A stretch of 64,000 bases of DNA from Eukaryota sp. TZLM1-RC (lineage: Eukaryota > Protista > Metamonada: BaSk clade): assembly GCA_040285825.1 (NCBI GenBank), contig JAUPSS010000004.1, positions 4,493,784 to 4,557,783 of the forward strand, read 5' to 3'. The position numbers and the translations under genes are program-made. How positions within the stretch are numbered: the first letter of the stretch is position 1; each line of letters begins with the position of its first letter. The notes under the pieces are model-generated. The model saw nothing but the letters and a program-made list of their open reading frames with translations. It was not told the DNA's origin and ran no database searches. This document shows positions 58,333 to 64,000 of the stretch, piece by piece.

Positions 58333-59029
58333 TTAACAAGAACATCCAGATACTTCACGGCCTTCATCAATAGCAATATTATCACCAATGGTACCAGTAA
58401 CAGGTTGACTGTCTAGTCTCTCCTTAATTTGCTTGGCCAACCTGAGGAAAGCACTTTCTACATTTTCAGCTGTTTTGGCAGATGTTGGAGTGTATTCGAT
58501 ACCGCGTTCAGCAGCAAAAGCACGAGCCTGTTCATCAGTAACTTCACGTTGCTCTGTGAGATCAGTCTTGTTTCCAACCAAGAGAATAGACACGTTTTCA
58601 CTGGCAGAGTCTTCGATTTCACGTAACCACATTTGGACATTTTCAAAGGACTGACGTTTGGTGACATCGAACACAACAATAATGCCCTGGGCACCGTGGT
58701 AGTACGAGGCAGTGATAGTACGGAAGCGCTGGGGTAAGTACAAAGGGAGAACACACTTCTTGTCCGGCGGTATCCCATATCTGCAGTTTGATGGTCTTTC
58801 CATCAATTTCAACGGTTTGGATTTTCTATCGTTAGAAGCTAGGATGCGTCATACGAAGTCGACACCAATCGTGGTTGTGAAAGTGTCACTGAAGTCCCCG
58901 TCGGCGAAACGGACAAGAAGGCAAGATTTACCTACGGCTGAGTCACCAATTAAGAGAAGTTTGTATAAATGGTCGCTGGTGTAAGGTCCAGAACGAAGAG
59001 GTGACAAACTAGTCAGTGGAACGGCTCAT
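58333..59029 (-). CDS. RAB1: Rab1-like small GTPase; exons 59029-59010, 58975-58855, 58825-58757, 58728-58333
   Basis: Spliced protein [24 protein letters not shown]...[39 protein letters not shown]...GNKTD...SAK...CSC. Introns 58976-59009 (34 nt), 58826-58854 (29 nt) and 58729-58756 (28 nt), all GT..AG. Confidence 0.92.
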
Positions 59030-59679
59030 AGTTGATTATGGTGGGATTCAAACGAAAGTACCTACTACTGCCTACACTGCATAATTCCTCCTTTTCAAAA
59101 TCCTTCTCCCTTTTTCTCTCTATTTGAATGGTTTCTGCACCAGGGTTAGATTAAACACTGGGTTTGTTGAAGATAATCACGTATGGTTGTGCTCTTCATT
59201 TTGTTATATACACTTGTTGAACAAAACTTTCGTTGCATGTCATTTGTCACTATACAAGCTTGATGAATAAGCTTAAAAAATCGCTGTTTGTTAATCATAA
59301 ATTAAAATTGTCCATATTACAACCCAATTCTATCACAATATTTGTCACACTGGTTTTCTTCATGCAAATCAATAAAATTCATTTTTTTTTCATTTGCACC
59401 AAAGTATTTTGTTTTATTCCGAATGTGGAAAAGTCACACAGAACTAAATAACGAATATCGATTTGTACAATGTTTTGTTAGATTTGACAAAATAGAAAAG
59501 TAGTCATAGACAGAGAAACATAAGCAAAGATCGTTTGTGCTCATCTCAATTGAAGGAATTTCCATTTTTTGTTCTAGGCTGTTACTTCTTAGTGAAGTAG
59601 TTATCAAATTGCTAAAATGCATAATAGATCTCAATAAAGCAATATTTTATTGATCTTGCACATTTAACAAAATAAACTC

Positions 59680-61790
59680 ATAACTAATGGACCGAAATTC
59701 ATTGAACCAAGATTTCCTCTACAAAATCTTGATCTGCTTGCTGTCTAGCTAAAGCTTCTCTAATTCGATTGAAAAACCGAGGTAATCTATTAATTATGGC
59801 AAATTGCATTCGAAAGTACCATAAAAATATCAAATCTTTTCATTGTTTTTTCTGAAACCATTGTTTGGAAATCATCCAAAAAAGTTCCTGCTTCTACTGC
59901 TAGTCTTCCGTTTATCGAAAATGGGAATCTTTGTCATATTTTCTATGTTTTTCTTTAGCATTAAATTTAAGTGCACTTACAGGATTAAGTTTTCTTCTTT
60001 GAACCAAAGTGTCATTTGCAACATTACAGGAGACAAAGTCAACAACAGCCTCAGAATTCACGATCAAATCACAGTATATTTCACCTCTATCATCAGAACC
60101 AAAATTATTCAATGACAATGTTTCTTTCAGCAGAGGCTCTTTGATACACGAAATTTTTGCAGTTCGAGCCATATTAAAACAGTGTCTTTAACAGCATCAT
60201 GTAATGAAGAACGATAAGTTATCAATTTCGAACAATTCACAGCATGACGTAAAGTGAGCTGTGGTGAATTTGAACAAATACATTTTTCTTTCGATAATAA
60301 TTGATTAATGGGGATATTTTTTTAACTGGAACTTTAATTGAGATAAAAAAACCCATCTAGAATTCAATATCCTCCAAACAAGCGTCACTATTACTGAACC
60401 TACTCACAGCATTACGTTCATATTCTACACCAATAGCTAAAAGTGCCTTTGAAATCATTGTTGGAATAGACGGGAAAATGCAAAAAACAATTCTATTTAA
60501 CCAGAAAGTGGAATTCATTGTTTTACCAGACCTATTCAGTAACACTTTCTTGAAATTTTCAAAAAAGTGCAACCCTGAAGATCCAATATTGCCACAAAGA
60601 GAAAATGCAAGCGGCACAAACTGATATTTCACATGTTCTACTCTACCTAACTTGCCAAAGGTTCTTCATATTTTTTTATCTTCTTTTTTTCGGCGTTAGA
60701 TAACGCCGAATCAGCGGAATACACTAAACGAGCAGCAGAATTTTTGCAAACATCAACTGAGACAACATCCACAACATTGAGAACACCATCGATCCCTGGA
60801 GCTACTAAATCTGCCCTTCTTTTACCAAAGGAATCATCAGTTTGATCTGAAGACAGCCAACGTACTAATGGCGCAATAAATGCCTCTATATTGAAACTTT
60901 TGCACATGGCATATAATTGATCACGAACTGAGTCATGAACAATTGAGCGATAAGTTATAAAGTACTTACAGTTAAAAATATGGGAAAGCGTAACAACACT
61001 CTTGCAGCGACAAATTAAATCATTTGGTAAAGAACAAGGCCATAGAAAACATCTCATTCTCATTGCAGTGGTCCAATGATGATCATTGAATGGGGATATT
61101 CAAATATAATCTGATTTTTATTACAAATGCTTCATTAGTGGCACACAAACCAAATCTTCGTGGTACAATGGTTACAAACAGTGATGAATCTGATGACTGG
61201 TTTTCACAAACACCCTTTTCCAATAACAATGAGTGAAGATCTGGATTTAAAACAGCCGAGCTGCATCTTGTATTTATAAAAATCATTTTCATACATTCCA
61301 GTCAATCGTTTCTGTAATGTTCGAAAAGTGTATTTTAAATTTAAAACATTCTATTCAGGAATAATGCCATTGAATGATTGGGGAAAGCATCGACTCCATT
61401 TTTCTGCATTAATTTTAGAAATTTCTTCATTTAATGCAAAAACAGTAAAGCGCCATAATGTGGACTAAGATAAGCATGATCTGGAATTTGGAACATTTTA
61501 CATCCTAGTAATTGTGACAAAACTTTTGCTCGTAAATCATTAAACTTTTAAGCCAAACGCCTAGTGATAAGAGGATCTGTAGATCGAAATACATGATTAA
61601 AGTTGGAACTAAAACACAGTCTTATAGAGGTAAATTTGATATGTTTTTGTATATCTAAAGTCATCATTTGGTCAATTTTTTCGGAAATTGAGTTTAACTT
61701 TTCAAACAATTCTTTCAAACGTGAACATCTTAATTCTACACAAGCAAGGTCTATGATGCTGTGATAGACCAATGATATTGTATTTGAAAG
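59680..61790 (-). mobile_element. Degenerate non-LTR RLE element (same family as 43114-44050), split by a nested insertion
   Basis: KEPLLKETLSLNNFGSDDRGE and SAVLNPDLHSLL...RLYLN match 43493-44008. Upstream RLCFSSNFNHVFRS is an RT-thumb-like segment. Confidence 0.75.
60319..61088 (-). mobile_element. Nested 5'-truncated non-LTR element (second RLE subfamily) with 12-bp TSD
   Basis: AATGGGGATATT at 60307-60318 and 61089-61100. T-run (A tail) at 60319. CRC..HIFNC..HDSVRD..RRAD..VVDV. Confidence 0.85.
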
Positions 61791-61866
61791 TCTCAATTAG
61801 ACTTAAGCTAGTCTTTGTTTTATTTATAAATAAGACTTATTTTACATTGGATCACTACCTCAATTT

Positions 61867-64000
61867 ATGTACAGTACTGCCCCTCTTCTTTCCTTTCAAG
61901 GATGTACACAGATCAATGAACTGACAGTTTCATCATCTGATACATCATCTAGTTCCAGTTCTTTTAGGATCGAAACAAGTACCCCTAAACCTTCCTCCTA
62001 TTCACATTCATTAGCAGCATCCAGGTACAACATTATCATCACGGTACGATCTATAGGCAACACGGTCTTTATCTACGAAACCAATCTTCATCATAATGTG
62101 ACCCACTCAATCAAGGTTACCACGACCTCAGAAGTACTTCCTTCAGTCTCTATAATAGAGCACAGAGGACGAGCTATTGATCTCACCATCCTTTTCTCCT
62201 CATCACATGGCTTCATCCACAAACTTGAAGCCCAAATCGACAAGGATCCTCTCCGATCCTCTACCTCTACCGTCTTCACTACCCCGATCATCCTTCCCCT
62301 TCTTCGTTCTGTTCAATCTTATCCCCTTCCTCTTTCCAAAAAGTTTTGTCCTCGGCAGGTACACTTTGTTGATGCAACCAAGTCAATCATCTCTACAACT
62401 TCCCACCAACTCTTCATGGCAACTCTCTCCACTCTCTCCACCCCTCCCTCTCTTGCTGAACTCACCACTTCCTCTCTCCTCTCTAGAGCTTCTTATTCTG
62501 TCTATTCTAAGCTCAGTGGGGCGAGTTCTGCTGTTCTTAATAAATCAATGGTGACGTATAGGTGCCTGGGAACTGATTATTTGATTGTAATCAATTCTGA
62601 TTGCCTCTTAACTTTGTTTTCACTTCGCACTAGATCTGCTATCGTTGAATCAAAACTATATGAATCCCGACCAGAGTTTATTCTCCCAGATGCCAGCGAA
62701 TGCCACGTGTCACTCTGTGTTTTGAGTGAACCAACAGACCCTTGTAATTTACAATTAGCCGTTTCGTTTACCCCCAATTTGGACCATTTGCCAATCATTT
62801 CAGTATTTTCATTGAAAATTCCGACTGATCCCAAAAAAGTTAAAAAACCTTTATTAATTACTGACTTGGCTTTACCTGACACGTGTCAAGGGTTGTCAGT
62901 TGACAATTTGAGCTCTTCTCATGGAGAGGTGATTGTTAGTCTTTTTGATTCTGTTTTGACCCGGGTTTCCGGCATTTCTGATCTTGATCACGTGATATCC
63001 ACCGCAGTGATTCCAAAGTTTTCAACTGTTACTATTCCTGGTTACACAGTCACGCCAATCACAACATTCACTGATTGGATAATAACCTGCCTGAGCAAAC
63101 TGCCAAATTTAATAGCAGTCAAGAATTTTCTCCGTGATTTCGACCTTCCATCCGACCTATTTTTAGAAACAATCAAATCTGTTGCACCTTCTTTTCCTCT
63201 TCCATCATCCTCAATCTCAGCTGATTTCCTTCCTCATTTGGGATGTTACTTGGTCTCGTTGGGAATGAGTGAAAGGGAAGCTTTTGAGAAAGTAGTCGTG
63301 TCTTTCAGTATTGGTTTGTGGAGGATTTCCAAAGTGGATAATATTTGTGGTGATTTGAAGTTGAAGCAGGTATTTTTTATTGAAAGTAATGGTGTCTATG
63401 GTCTTCGAAGACTCTCTCCATGTGAACATGGTAATTCTATGGAGAGGGAAATGCGAAAGGTCTGGAGGACGAGCAATGAGTTCATTAGTAATGTGGATTA
63501 TGGAATAATTTGTGAAGTATTTAATCAACTGCTATTATCAAATACTCATAGTATTATAGAATCTTTTGGCTTTCAGTTATCAAACTTGTTTTTTCATAGT
63601 GATTTTGAATTCTTCCCTGTTTCAGATATTGAAGAATTTGTGAGCATGGCAGAGTTTTATTTGGACCAATTCAGAAATGTTGCTAATTATATCCCTCAGG
63701 AATTATTAAATATCCCAACTAAAGGCTATTTTCTATCAAAATCATCAATCAAATCATCGCGTCACCCATCAATTTTGATTGCAAATCACGTGGGATTTAA
63801 TATAATTGCCAATTTGTTTCATTTTTTGCTTTTTATTTCTTCATTTTCTAATACAGGGTCGATTATTAGTTCTTTAGTCAGACAACAATTAGTTCAAAAT
63901 ATTATTGTGCCTGGTTGCAAGACTTTAAAGGGTTTTCTTGGTTCTTTTTTGACCCTTTCGGGTATTTTGTCCAATCATTCTCAATCAAATCACGTCACAG
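61867..64000 (+). CDS. Probable Nup160/Nup120-like nucleoporin (3' end outside window)
   Basis: Frame read by hand is open from ATG 61867 to the window end (>710 aa); it is absent from the ORF track. EVLPSVSIIE...ILFSSSHGFIHKL and ELTTSSLLSR...YLIVINSDCLLTLFSL resemble Nup160 beta-propeller segments. The product call is from memory only. Confidence 0.55.
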   Translation, partial: MYSTAPLLSFQGCTQINELTVSSSDTSSSSSSFRIETSTPKPSSYSHSLAASRYNIIITVRSIGNTVFIYETNLHHNVTHSIKVTTTSEVLPSVSIIEHRGRAIDLTILFSSSHGFIHKLEAQIDKDPLRSSTSTVFTTPIILPLLRSVQSYPLPLSKKFCPRQVHFVDATKSIISTTSHQLFMATLSTLSTPPSLAELTTSSLLSRASYSVYSKLSGASSAVLNKSMVTYRCLGTDYLIVINSDCLLTLFSLRTRSAIVESKLYESRPEFILPDASECHVSLCVLSEPTDPCNLQLAVSFTPNLDHLPIISVFSLKIPTDPKKVKKPLLITDLALPDTCQGLSVDNLSSSHGEVIVSLFDSVLTRVSGISDLDHVISTAVIPKFSTVTIPGYTVTPITTFTDWIITCLSKLPNLIAVKNFLRDFDLPSDLFLETIKSVAPSFPLPSSSISADFLPHLGCYLVSLGMSEREAFEKVVVSFSIGLWRISKVDNICGDLKLKQVFFIESNGVYGLRRLSPCEHGNSMEREMRKVWRTSNEFISNVDYGIICEVFNQLLLSNTHSIIESFGFQLSNLFFHSDFEFFPVSDIEEFVSMAEFYLDQFRNVANYIPQELLNIPTKGYFLSKSSIKSSRHPSILIANHVGFNIIANLFHFLLFISSFSNTGSIISSLVRQQLVQNIIVPGCKTLKGFLGSFLTLSGILSNHSQSNHVT

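Overview
AT-rich eukaryotic nuclear DNA, standard genetic code, from a gene-dense but transposon-rich protist genome. A metamonad-like affinity is inferred from 28-34 nt introns with a fixed branch-point-to-AG distance and an archaeal-type AlaRS. Host genes: a secreted 260-aa-repeat protein (runs off the left edge), a prokaryote-type tRNA thiouridylase with two introns, a PP2A-family phosphatase, SBDS, NIT2, ALG12, AlaRS, RPB2, MLF, Rab1 (three introns), a probable Nup160 (runs off the right edge) and several hypothetical proteins. Mobile DNA: two families of Ty3/Gypsy elements with very short LTRs (one nearly intact, with a chromodomain-like integrase tail), many 5'-truncated RLE-type (CRE-like) non-LTR retrotransposons (three with readable TSDs), a TIR/TSD-bounded MULE derivative and IS630/Tc1-like remnants. 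The main finding is a lesioned ~650-codon Fanzor1/TnpB-like RNA-guided nuclease gene at 35707-37667 with a candidate omegaRNA hairpin region just downstream. All calls are from reading motifs by eye; no database search was run.
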